This document shows positions 1 through 11,323 of a stretch of DNA of 64,000 nucleotides, one piece after another (position 1 is the first letter of the stretch; each line of letters begins with the position of its first letter). The translations under genes were made by a program, and so were the position numbers. The stretch is from Auanema rhodensis. Its lineage: Eukaryota > Animalia > Nematoda. The stretch spans positions 10,168,001 through 10,232,000 of the forward strand of contig OZ059899.1 in NCBI GenBank assembly GCA_964057225.1. Reading direction: 5' to 3'. The notes under the pieces were generated by a model. The model did no database searches. It had not been told where the DNA came from and saw only the letters and a list, made by a program, of their open reading frames with translations.

Positions 1-1129
1 TCTCTCATCACAATTGTCTTAGTTTTTTTTCTTATAAGAGTTTCTGAAATTTTAGGTGAACAAGGCCGTATATATTTTTTTCTGGAATTCGAAAGCATTT
101 GGGATGGAAATTAGAAAGAAAAGAACTAGTTTTTCCTATTTTAAAACAAACAAAAAAAATAAAATGAAAAAGATTGTTAGATATCCAATTTAAACTTATA
201 CATTTACTTCGATAAAGAGCCTATTAGTTTGAAATTTTATGTCTTACAGTTCTCCAACAGAACAGACTGATCCTGATATTTCTACGATTACATAAAACTC
301 TCGTTTGATATAAAAGCATATTGGATAGAAATTTCGAAAGCATTTGGGATGGAAATTAGAAAGAAACAAACTAGTTTTTCCTACTTTAAAACAAACAATG
401 AGAAACAAAATGAAAAGATTGTTAGATATCCAATTTTAACTTATACATTTACTTCGATGAAGAGCCTATTAGATTGAATTTTTATGTCTTACAGTTCTCC
501 AACAGAACAGACTGATCCTGATTTTTCTACGATTACATAAAACTCTCGTTTGATATACAAAAAGGAGAGGAATAACGTTTCCAGGATATCAATGATATCG
601 AATCTAGTGATATTGTAGAAAAATGTAATGTCAGCTCCATAGGTTTTCTTTTAATTTCTCTCATCACAATTGTCTCAGTTTTTTTTCTCATAAGAGTTTC
701 TGAAATCTTAGGTGTACAAGGCCGTATATATTTTCCTGGAATTCGAAAGGATTTGGGATGGAAATTAGAAAGAAAAGAACTAGTTTTTCCTACTTTAAAA
801 CAAACAATAGGAGATAAAATGAAAAAGATTGTTAGATATCCAATTTAAACTTATACATTTACTTCGATAAAGAGCCTATTAGTTTGAAATTTTATGTCTT
901 ACAGTTCTACAACAGAACAGACTGATCCTGATTTCTCTATGATTACATAAAACTCTCGTTTGATATACAAAAAGGAGAGGAATAACGTTTCCAGGATATC
1001 AATGATATCGAATCTAGTGATATTGTAGAAAAATGTAATGTCAGCTCCATAGGTTTTCTCTTAATTTCTCTCATCACAATTGTCTTAGTTTTTTTTCTCA
1101 TAAGAGTTTCTGAAATCTTAGTTGATCAA

Positions 1130-1202
1130 GGCCGCGTGGCGCAATGGATAACGCGTCTGCCTACGGAGCAGAAGATTGTAGGTTCGAATCCTGCCGTGGT
1201 CG
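1130..1202 (+). tRNA. tRNA-Arg(ACG)
   Basis: 73 nt. Acceptor GGCCGCG/CGTGGTC, A box TGGCGCAATGG, anticodon arm TCTGC-CT-ACG-GA-GCAGA, B box GGTTCGAATCC, followed by a T7 terminator. Confidence 0.97.
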
Positions 1203-1206
1203 TAAA

Positions 1207-1213
1207 TTTTTTT
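1207..1213 (+). terminator. RNA polymerase III terminator (T7), representative and present after every tRNA copy
   Basis: tcg-taaa-TTTTTTT-c, 4 nt downstream of the discriminator base. Confidence 0.9.
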
Positions 1214-1963
1214 CATTTCTCTTGTCATTTACAAAAATCGAATTTATCTTCTTCAACCATTTTTTTTGCAATGTGTCATAAGAATTTCACAGTTGAACAG
1301 AACGTTTTTTAAGAAGATTTTTTGTTGTCAACATATATATTTTTCTGGAATTCGAAAGCATTTGGGATGGAAATTAGAAAGAAAAGAACTAGTTTTTCCT
1401 ACTTTAAAACAAACAATAAAAAATGAAATGAAAAAGATTGTTAGATATTCAATTTAAACTTATACATTTACTTCGATAAAGAGCCTATTAGATTGAAATT
1501 TTATGTCTTACAGTTCTCCAACAGAACAGACTGATCCTGATTTTTCTACGATTACATAAAACTCTCGTTTGATATACAAAAAGGAGAGGAATAACGTTTC
1601 CAGGATGTCAATGATATCGAATCTAGTGATATTGTAGAAAAATGTAATGTCAGCTCCATAGGTTTTCTCTTAATTTCTCTCATCACAATTGTCTTAGTTT
1701 TTTTTCTCAAAAGAGTTTCTGAAATCTTAGGTGAACAAGGCCGTATATATTTTTTTCTGGAATTCGAAAGCATTTGGGATGGAAATTGGAAAGAAAAGAA
1801 CTAGTTTTTCCTACTTTAAAACAAACAATGAGAAATAAAATGAAAAAGATTGTTAGATATCCAATTTAAACTTATACATTTACTTCGATAAAAAGCCTAT
1901 TAGATTGAAATTTTATGTCTTACAGTTCTCCAACAGAACAGACTGATCCTGATTTCTCTATGA

Positions 1964-4900
1964 TTACATAAAACTCTCGTTTGATATAAAAAAAGAAGAG
2001 GAATAACGTTTCCAGGATGTCAATGATATCGAATCTAGTGATATTGTAGAAAAATGTAATGTCAGCTCCATAGGTTTTCTCTTAATTTCTCTCATCACAA
2101 TTGTCTTAGTTTTTTTTCTCAAAAGAGTTTCTGAAATCTTAGGTGAACAAGGCCGTATATTTTTTTTTCTGGAATTCGAAAGCATTTGGGATGGAAATTG
2201 GAAAGAAAAGAACTAGTTTTTCCTACTTTAAAACAAACAATGAGAAATAAAAAAAAAAAGATTGTTAGATATCCAATTTAAACTTATACATTTACTTCGA
2301 TAAAGAGCCTATTAGTTTGAAGTTTTATGTCTTACAGTTCTCCAACAGAACAGACTGATCCTGATTTCTCTATGATTACATAAAACTCTCGTTTGATATA
2401 AAAAAAGAAGAGGAATAACGTTTCCAGGATGTCAATGATATCGAATCTAGTGATATTGTAGAAAAATGTAATGTCAGCTCCATAGGTTTTCTCTTAATTT
2501 CTCTCATCACAACTGTCTCAGTTTTTTTTCTCATAAGAGTTTCTGAAATCTTAGGTGAACAAGGCCGTATATATTTTTTTCTGGAATTCGAAAGCATTTG
2601 GGATGGAAATTAGAAGGAAAAGAACTAGTTTTTCCTACTTTAAAACAAACAATAAGAAATAAAATAAAAAAGATTGTTAGATATCCAATTCAAACTTATA
2701 CATTTACTTCGATAGAGAGCCTATTAGTTTGAAATTTTATGTCTTACAGTTCTCCAACAGAACAGACTGATCCTGATTTCTCTATGATTACATAAAACTC
2801 TCGTTTGATATAAAAAAAGAAGAGGAATAACGTTTCCAGGATGTCAATGATATCGAATCTAGTGATATTGTAGAAAAATGTAATGTCAGCTCCATAGGTT
2901 TTCTCTTAATTTCTCTCATCACAATTGTCTTAGTTTTTTTTCTCATAAGAGTTTCTGAAATCTTAGGTGAACAAGGCCGTATATATTTTTTTCTGGAATT
3001 CGAAAGCATTTGGGATGGAAATTAGAAAGAAAAGAACTAGTTTTTCCTACTTTAAAACAAACAATAAGAAATAAAATAAAAAAGATTGTTAGATATCCAA
3101 TTTAAACTTATACATTTACTTCGATAGAGAGCCTATTAGTTTGAAATTTTATGTCTTACAGTTCTCCAACAGAACAGACTGATCCTGATTTCTCTATGAT
3201 TACATAAAACTCTCGTTTGATATAAAAAAAGAAGAGGAATAACGTTTCCAGGATGTCAATGATATCGAATCTAGTGATATTGTAGAAAAATGTAATGTCA
3301 GCTCCATAGGTTTTCTCTTAATTTCTCTCATCACAATTGTCTCAGTTTTTTTTCTCATAAGAGTTTCTGAAATCTTAGGTGAACAAGGCCGTATATATTT
3401 TTTTCTGGAATTCGAAAGCATTTGGGATGGAAATTAGAAAGAAAAGAACTAGTTTTTCCTACTTTAAAACAAACAATGAGAAATAAAATGAAAAAGATTG
3501 TTAGATATCCAATTTAAACTTATACATTTACTTCGATAAAAAGCCTATTAGATTGAAATTTTATGTCTTACAGTTCTCCAACAGAACAGACTGATCCTGA
3601 TTTCTCTATGATTACATAAAACTCTCGTTTGATATAAAAAAAGAAGAGGAATAACGTTTCCAGGATGTCAATGATATCGAATCTAGTGATATTGTAGAAA
3701 AATGTAATGTCAGCTCCATAGGTTTTCTCTTAATTTCTCTCATCACAATTGTCTTAGTTTTTTTTCTCAAAAGAGTTTCTGAAATCTTAGGTGAACAAGG
3801 CCGTATATTTTTTTTTCTGGAATTCGAAAGCATTTGGGATGGAAATTGGAAAGAAAAGAACTAGTTTTTCCTACTTTAAAACAAACAATGAGAAATAAAA
3901 AAAAAAAGATTGTTAGATATCCAATTTAAACTTATACATTTACTTCGATAAAGAGCCTATTAGTTTGAAGTTTTATGTCTTACAGTTCTCCAACAGAACA
4001 GACTGATCCTGATTTCTCTATGATTACATAAAACTCTCGTTTGATATAAAAAAAGAAGAGGAATAACGTTTCCAGGATGTCAATGATATCGAATCTAGTG
4101 ATATTGTAGAAAAATGTAATGTCAGCTCCATAGGTTTTCTCTTAATTTCTCTCATCACAACTGTCTCAGTTTTTTTTCTCATAAGAGTTTCTGAAATCTT
4201 AGGTGAACAAGGCCGTATATATTTTTTTCTGGAATTCGAAAGCATTTGGGATGGAAATTAGAAGGAAAAGAACTAGTTTTTCCTACTTTAAAACAAACAA
4301 TAAGAAATAAAATAAAAAAGATTGTTAGATATCCAATTCAAACTTATACATTTACTTCGATAGAGAGCCTATTAGTTTGAAATTTTATGTCTTACAGTTC
4401 TCCAACAGAACAGACTGATCCTGATTTCTCTATGATTACATAAAACTCTCGTTTGATATAAAAAAAGAAGAGGAATAACGTTTCCAGGATGTCAATGATA
4501 TCGAATCTAGTGATATTGTAGAAAAATGTAATGTCAGCTCCATAGGTTTTCTCTTAATTTCTCTCATCACAATTGTCTTAGTTTTTTTTCTCATAAGAGT
4601 TTCTGAAATCTTAGGTGAACAAGGCCGTATATATTTTTTTCTGGAATTCGAAAGCATTTGGGATGGAAATTAGAAAGAAAAGAACTAGTTTTTCCTACTT
4701 TAAAACAAACAATAAGAAATAAAATAAAAAAGATTGTTAGATATCCAATTTAAACTTATACATTTACTTCGATAGAGAGCCTATTAGTTTGAAATTTTAT
4801 GTCTTACAGTTCTCCAACAGAACAGACTGATCCTGATTTCTCTATGATTACATAAAACTCTCGTTTGATATAAAAAAAGAAGAGGAATAACGTTTCCAGG

Positions 4901-5258
4901 ATGTCAATGATATCGAATCTAGTGATATTGTAGAAAAATGTAATGTCAGCTCCATAGGTTTTCTCTTAATTTCTCTCATCACAATTGTCTCAGTTTTTTT
5001 TCTCATAAGAGTTTCTGAAATCTTAGGTGAACAAGGCCGTATATATTTTTTTCTGGAATTCGAAAGCATTTGGGATGGAAATTAGAAGGAAAAGAACTAG
5101 TTTTTCCTACTTTAAAACAAACAATAAGAAATAAAATAAAAAGATTGTTAGATATCCAATTTAAACTTATACATTTACTTCGATAGAGAGCCTATTAGTT
5201 TGAAATTTTATGTCTTACAGTTCTCCAACAGAACAGACTGATCCTGATTTCTCTATGA
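1964..5258. repeat. 4-monomer higher-order repeat (1648 bp) x2
   Basis: The variant order repeats at +1648: 1964/3612, 2376/4024, 2788/4436, 3200/4848. Confidence 0.85.
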
Positions 5259-8091
5259 TTACATAAAACTCTCGTTTGATATAAAAAAAGAAGAGGAATA
5301 ACGTTTCCAGGATGTCAATGATATCGAATCTAGTGATATTGTAGAAAAATGTAATGTCAGCTCTATAGGTTTTCTCTTAATTTCTCTCATCACAATTGTC
5401 TTAGTTTTTTTTCTCATAAGAGTTTCTGAAATCTTAGGTGAACAAGGCCGTATATATTTTTTTCTGGAATTCGAAAGCATTTGGGATGGAAATTAGAAAG
5501 AAAAGAACTAGTTTTTCCTACTTTAAAACAAACAATAAGAAATAAAATAAAAAAGATTGTTAGATATCCAATTTAAACTTATACATTTACTTCGATAAAG
5601 AGCCTATTAGTTTGAAATTTTATGTCTTACAGTTCTCCAACAGAACAGACTGATCCTGATTTCTCTATGATTACATAAAACTCTCGTTTGATATAAAAAA
5701 AAGAAGAGGAATAACGTTTCCAGGATGTCAATGATATCGAATCTAGTGATATTGTAGAAAAATGTAATGTCAGCTCCATAGGTTTTCTCTTAATTTCTCT
5801 CATCACAATTGTCTTAGTTTTTTTTCTTATAAGAGTTTCTGAAATCTTAGGTGAACAAGGCCGTATATATTTTTTTCTGGAATTCGAAAGCATTTGGGAT
5901 GGAAATTAGAAAGAAAAGAACTAGTTTTTCCTACTTTAAAACAAACAATAAGAAATAAAATAAAAAAGATTGTTAGATATCCAATTTAAACTTATACATT
6001 TACTTCGATAAAGAGCCTATTAGTTAGAAATTTTATGTCTTACAGTTCTCCAACAGAACAGACTGATCCTGATTTCTCTATGATTACATAAAACTCTCGT
6101 TTGATATAAAAAAAAGAAGAGGAATAACGTTTCCAGGATGTCAATGATATCGAATCTAGTGATATTGTAGAAAAATGTAATGTCAGCTCCATAGGTTTTC
6201 TCTTAATTTCTCTCATCACAATTGTCTTAGTTTTTTTTCTTATAAGAGTTTCTGAAATCTTAGGTGAACAAGGCCGTATATATTTTTTTCTGGAATTCGA
6301 AAGCATTTGGGATGGAAATTAGAAAGAAAAGAACTAGTTTTTCCTACTTTAAAACAAACAATAAGAAATAAAATAAAAAAGATTGTTAGATATCCAATTT
6401 AAACTTATACATTTACTTCGATAGAGAGCCTATTAGTTTGAAATTTTATGTCTTACAGTTCTCCAACAGAACAGACTGATCCTGATTTCTCTATGATTAC
6501 ATAAAACTCTCGTTTGATATAAAAAAAGAAGAGGAATAACGTTTCCAGGATGTCAATGATATCGAATCTAGTGATATTGTAGAAAAATGTAATGTCAGCT
6601 CCATAGGTTTTCTCTTAATTTCTCTCATCACAATTGTCTCAGTTTTTTTTCTCATAAGAGTTTCTGAAATCTTAGGTGAACAAGGCCGTATATATTTTTT
6701 TCTGGAATTCGAAAGCATTTGGGATGGAAATTAGAAGGAAAAGAACTAGTTTTTCCTACTTTAAAACAAACAATAAGAAATAAAATAAAAAAGATTGTTA
6801 GATATCCAATTTAAACTTATACATTTACTTCGATAAAGAGCCTATTAGTTTGAAATTTTATGTCTTACAGTTCTCCAACAGAACAGACTGATCCTGATTT
6901 CTCTATGATTACATAAAACTCTCGTTTGATATAAAAAAAAGAAGAGGAATAACGTTTCCAGGATGTCAATGATATCGAATCTAGTGATATTGTAGAAAAA
7001 TGTAATGTCAGCTCCATAGGTTTTCTCTTAATTTCTCTCATCACAATTGTCTTAGTTTTTTTTCTTATAAGAGTTTCTGAAATCTTAGGTGAACAAGGCC
7101 GTATATATTTTTTTCTGGAATTCGAAAGCATTTGGGATGGATATTAGAAGGAAAAGAACTAGTTTTTCCTACTTTAAAACAAACAATAAGAAATAAAATA
7201 AAAAAGATTGTTAGATATCCAATTAAAACTTATACATTTACTTCGATAAAGAGCCTATTAGTTTGAAATTTTATGTCTTACAGTTCTCCAACAGAACAGA
7301 CTGATCCTGATTTCTCTATGATTACATAAAACTCTCGTTTGATATACAAAAAGTAGAGGAATAACGTTTCCAGGATGTCAATGATATCGAATCTAGTGGT
7401 ATTGTAAAAAAATGTAATGTCAGCTCCATAGGTTTTCTCTTAATTTCTCTCATCACAATTGTCTTAGTTTTTTTTCTCATAAGAGTTTCTGAAATCTTAG
7501 GTGAACAAGGCCGTATATATTTTTTTCTGGAATTCGAAAGCATTTGGGATGGAAATTAGAAGAAAAGAACTAGTTTTTCCTACTTTAAAACAAACAATAA
7601 GAAATAAAATAAAAAAGATTGTTAGATATCCAATTTAAACTTATACATTTACTTCGATAAAGAGCCTATTAGTTTGAAGTTTTATGTCTTACAGTTCTCC
7701 AACAGAACAGACTGATCCTGATTTCTCTATGATTACATAAAACTCTCGTTTGATATAAAAAAAGAAGAGGAATAACGTTTCCAGGATGTCAATGATATCG
7801 AATCTAGTGATATTGTAAAAAAATGTAATGTCAGCTCCATAGGTTTTCTCTTAATTTCTCTCATCACAATTGTCTTAGTTTTTTTTCTTATAAGAGTTTC
7901 TGAAATTTTAGGTGAACAAGGCCGTATATATTTTTTTCTGGAATTCGAAAGCATTTGGGATGGAAATTAGAAAGAAAAGAACTAGTTTTTCCTACTTTAA
8001 AACAAACAATAAGAAATAAAATAAAAAAGATTGTTAGATATCCAATTTAAACTTATACATTTATACATTCACTTATACATTCTGAAAAACT

Positions 8092-11063
8092 ATGAGTAAG
8101 TTTTTAAAACGTTTTAATGAGCCAATGTAAGCTATGAGTTTTCTCTAAATATTAATGTATCATTATCAGTGACACCGAAGAAATTTTTGATAAAGTTCCT
8201 CGGATCGATGAGTTTAAGAAGGGTGAATACTTTTTTTTCTTGAATAAAAATAAGGTTATAAATTGTGATGATTTGTCTTACGATCCGTATAAACCTTGGA
8301 CAGGAGATGGTATTTACTTCAATGATATAATTGTTTTGTCGACTTTGTTCATTTCAGATGAGCGTGGTGTTCGTGTTACCGCAAAAAGTACTAAGTATTA
8401 TTTAGTTTTTGTGAATGGCGAGTGGGTGCTTGATAAAACATCAAAATGTTTCCAAATGAAAGTTATGAAATATGCTCATGCTAGAGCTCCGGGTTTCAGA
8501 AGAGAAGTGTTTTATTATTTTTCAATGAATATATTATCATTTCTAACTAAGATTGCTTTCATCTCGGATATGAACAAGAATCTTCTCTCTCACGTATTAT
8601 TCGTGTATATAGCTGAGGTTAGTTATCTACAGGTACTTAATGATGACATTGAATAAAAACCATTTAGAAAGATTTGCAAGCTCCTGAAGAACTATCAAAT
8701 CGAATTTTACCTTCATCTTCTAAGGCCGTGAAATTGGCACTACATCACAGATCATCTTCGGAAGCTAAAAAACTACTAGCTTCAAATGGAGTTTCCGTCA
8801 CTTCCGCAAAGGTAAACATTTTTTATCAAAAAAAAAATATATATATATATCCTATGGCTTAAATTATTGCATTCTTCTTCAATGGAAATTAATATTTGTA
8901 ATTTTTCAGATTTCTAGTTTATCCCGCTCAGTAGAAACTCACGTTAAGAGTAATATAGGAAGAAAACCTCCATCTAATTATTATAAGATAATGGACAGAT
9001 ATTTGCTTAAACATCATCTAGAAGAAAGACTAGAAAAACCCTATATAGAGGTCAATGGTAAGTTTTTATTTTTTTTTGTTTTGTGATGTCTATTCCAGAA
9101 AGTGGAAAAATAGTGCTACGTATTTTGATGGGATATCCATCAGCAATAAAATGTTTCTGTAAGTCGCTTCCAGAAACTGAAGAACTTTTCGAGCATCGTG
9201 TTCATGTTCGCAGACTTTTTAATATGGACGAAAAAGACGCCACTTTTTTTTTGGCAAGCGAACAAACCAAGTATGAAAAAATATATCAGTGTTTCAGATT
9301 CTTTCCTACAAACAACAAATTTGAGTGGTAGTCTTCCTGTTGTTGGAAGTGCTATATTAGTGGATACTACTTTTAGTTTGAGTACTTCTGAATACGTCAC
9401 ATTAGCATATGGAGTATCCGAAGATTTCAGGTAGTTTCAAATTTTTTGTAATTGTATACTTTAATTCAGATCAAAAAAATCAGGAAAAAACAGTTCAATT
9501 CTATTAGGTTTCATGATTCATTCTGAAAAAAGCTATGAAAACCATTGTGCCTTTTCAAAATTTTTGAACCAACTATTTTTTGAATGCGATCAAAACAAGA
9601 GGGTGAACTGTGTTTTACATGATGGAGAGTCAGCGTTCATGTGCTATAATACCGTATTCATCTTTTGATTCGTTATGAACTTTCTATAGTAAATTTAGGG
9701 AGATATTCTAGGTGATGCGATTTCTTTACGTTGTGACACACATAGACTAGCTAATATCAAGGAAACTACAAAGAATAATAAAGCAGTATTCGAAAATTTA
9801 CAAGAAATGCTATACGGAAAGAAAAAAACGTTAGTTCAAGTTTTTCTATTATTTTTTTTTTTTGAGTGATATTCGAGGAACTATTCTATACAAAGGAATT
9901 TTAAATATTTTGAACAAAAACAAATATGAGGAGAAAATGGCAAATTTGATTAATTCAGAAGAAGAATCTACTGCATCATGGTTAGAACCATTTAAGTTTT
10001 TTTAAATTTATCGTTACACATTAGGCTCCGAAAAAACACGAACAGCTTGTTCGAACATAATTCCATGTTGAGAAAACTTGAAGGTGGATGGCCTTTGCAG
10101 TTTTTGACTACTAACATAATTGAAAGCCGTAATGCTCATATAAAAAACATAATCACTACTAAAAAACCAGCAGAAAAAGTTCTCAATGATTTTTTGTCAA
10201 TACACAAAGGTTTTTCTATTTTCTCACTTTTAAAAGGTTTTAGTTCAGAAGAGATATTAATGAGAATGAATGCTATATCTGGGGAAGAAAGCACCTTAAT
10301 CTCGAGAACGTTCTACGATAAATCTGCATGGAATCACTTTACACTGATGGAAAAAAAAAACATACTAACATCTTTCGGTCTCGATCATCTAATTATTGAT
10401 GACAAATATGACGATTTACCAAGATGGATCTTTTTGGGCTAGATACTACGATAATGTTACAAATTAACTAAATAATGCATTTCAGAAAGTAAATACGAAG
10501 AAGATGTCTTGATCGGTATAGTTGAAAACTTTGATGTACATAGGAGCGAGAAAAACAAATCTTTTTTTTTTGGAGTGAATAAAGAAACGAGAGAGTAAGT
10601 GTTTAAGAAATTCCAAAAATTTTAATTTTCAGGAGCACTTTTCTCGAAAATGACAACGGTAAATTGAACTGTCACAACATTATCTGCAGAAAAAGAAAAA
10701 CATTCATAGAGGCTGTTTGTCCACACAAGTGAGTTAAAAAAAAAGAAAAAAAAGTAAAAGTGTTATAGGATAGCTGTGATAACGTCGCTGAATAACGAAG
10801 AGAAAAAAAACATTTTGAGTGTACTGGAAGAAAACAAAACTAGCACTACTTGCTTGTCACAAATGAGAAAACAACAAAATCCAAATGATGGCACTAAGTT
10901 TAAATGTAGACGAGGCAAACAGTTCAGCCATAATAACAAAACGCGACGGTTTGTATCACTTGTTAAGTAAGTAATCTTTTTGAGAACAAAAGTAAAAAAC
11001 TCATTTAGCAATACAATGAGTAGTTTAAATTCAAGTATCGAAGAAGACGGAAATTTTATCTGA
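8092..11063 (+). CDS. Spliced MULE-type DDE transposase with C-terminal SWIM-like zinc finger (17 exons, ~711 aa), copy 1
   Basis: Manual splicing gives one open frame MSKFLKRFNEPIDTEEIF...SSIEEDGNFI*. Introns used: 8127-8169, 8310-8357, 8507-8551, 8618-8667, 8812-8909, 9058-9098, 9159-9297 (uncertain), 9431-9469, 9654-9698, 9830-9866, 9981-10024, 10210-10248, 10438-10485 (GC-AG), 10595-10632, 10729-10768, 10967-11008. Motifs: ILVDTTFSL (D at 9363), VLHDGESAF (D at 9621), LRCDTH (CxxH at 9732), LTTNIIESRN (E at 10122), LNCHNIIC-x10-CPH (SWIM-like). Confidence 0.85.
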
Positions 11064-11260
11064 TATGTGTTTTAAATTGAATTACACCTGTTTTTTTTTT
11101 GAGAAAAAATAATAGTTAATCTTTGGGGTTTACTTACACTTACACGCAAAACTGTTAAATTCATAAACATAGTTTAATGAGAAAGCAAACATTTGACTGA
11201 GAAGGGCAAAGAAATATTTTTCAACTAAGCACAATACTAAAAAAAAGGTCTATACAGTTC

Positions 11261-11323
11261 GTGTCTCGTGTCGCAATGGTGTCAAAATAGTGTCAATGTT
11301 TTAGTGTCAACGTAGAAATGCCC
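11261..11323 (+). repeat. Putative right terminal/subterminal region of the MULE with five GTGTC(AA) direct repeats
   Basis: GTGTC at 11261, 11268, 11279, 11290 and 11304, followed by aacgtagaaatgccc. Repeated at ~15266-15328 and ~19272-19334. Confidence 0.7.

Larger units (their letters stand above)
1..8063. repeat. 412-bp satellite array, left block (one tRNA-bearing 609-bp unit at 1130)
   Basis: Landmarks such as ggtgaacaaggccgtatat and cagttctccaacagaacagactgatcc recur every 411-413 nt. The ORF track repeats at 1552, 1964, 2376, etc. Confidence 0.98.
8064..11323 (+). mobile_element. Mutator-like (MULE/MuDR) DNA transposon, copy 1, left end truncated
   Basis: Non-satellite 3.26-kb segment with a DDE transposase gene. 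The right end has five GTGTC repeats and ends ...caacgtagaaatgccc. No inverted copy of this end is present on the left. The exact right boundary is ambiguous (11321-11323). Confidence 0.85.

Noticed and set aside
1130-1335. tRNA-derived SINE insertion
   Set aside because: The tRNA is intact with an immediate T7 terminator, no TSD and no tail. It always sits at the same monomer position, consistent with tandem amplification.
1266-1457. 63-aa plus-strand ORF (MQCVI...) after tRNAs
   Set aside because: It starts at TTG in the tRNA 3' flank and is lost in several copies, so it is a chance ORF.
1585-1640. Degenerate tRNA remnant in the monomer (ggaataacg...tcgaatc)
   Set aside because: Only short matches, wrong spacing and no cloverleaf.
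1790-1812. Short palindromes in the monomer (aactagtt, gaattc, gatatc, caattg)
   Set aside because: They are short and expected in AT-rich DNA, with no support for function.
10021-10026. Nematode telomere hexamer TTAGGC
   Set aside because: A single occurrence at a splice acceptor, with no tandem array.
9140-11011. Minus-strand 86-aa and 82-aa ORFs within the MULE
   Set aside because: They are antisense shadows of transposase exons.
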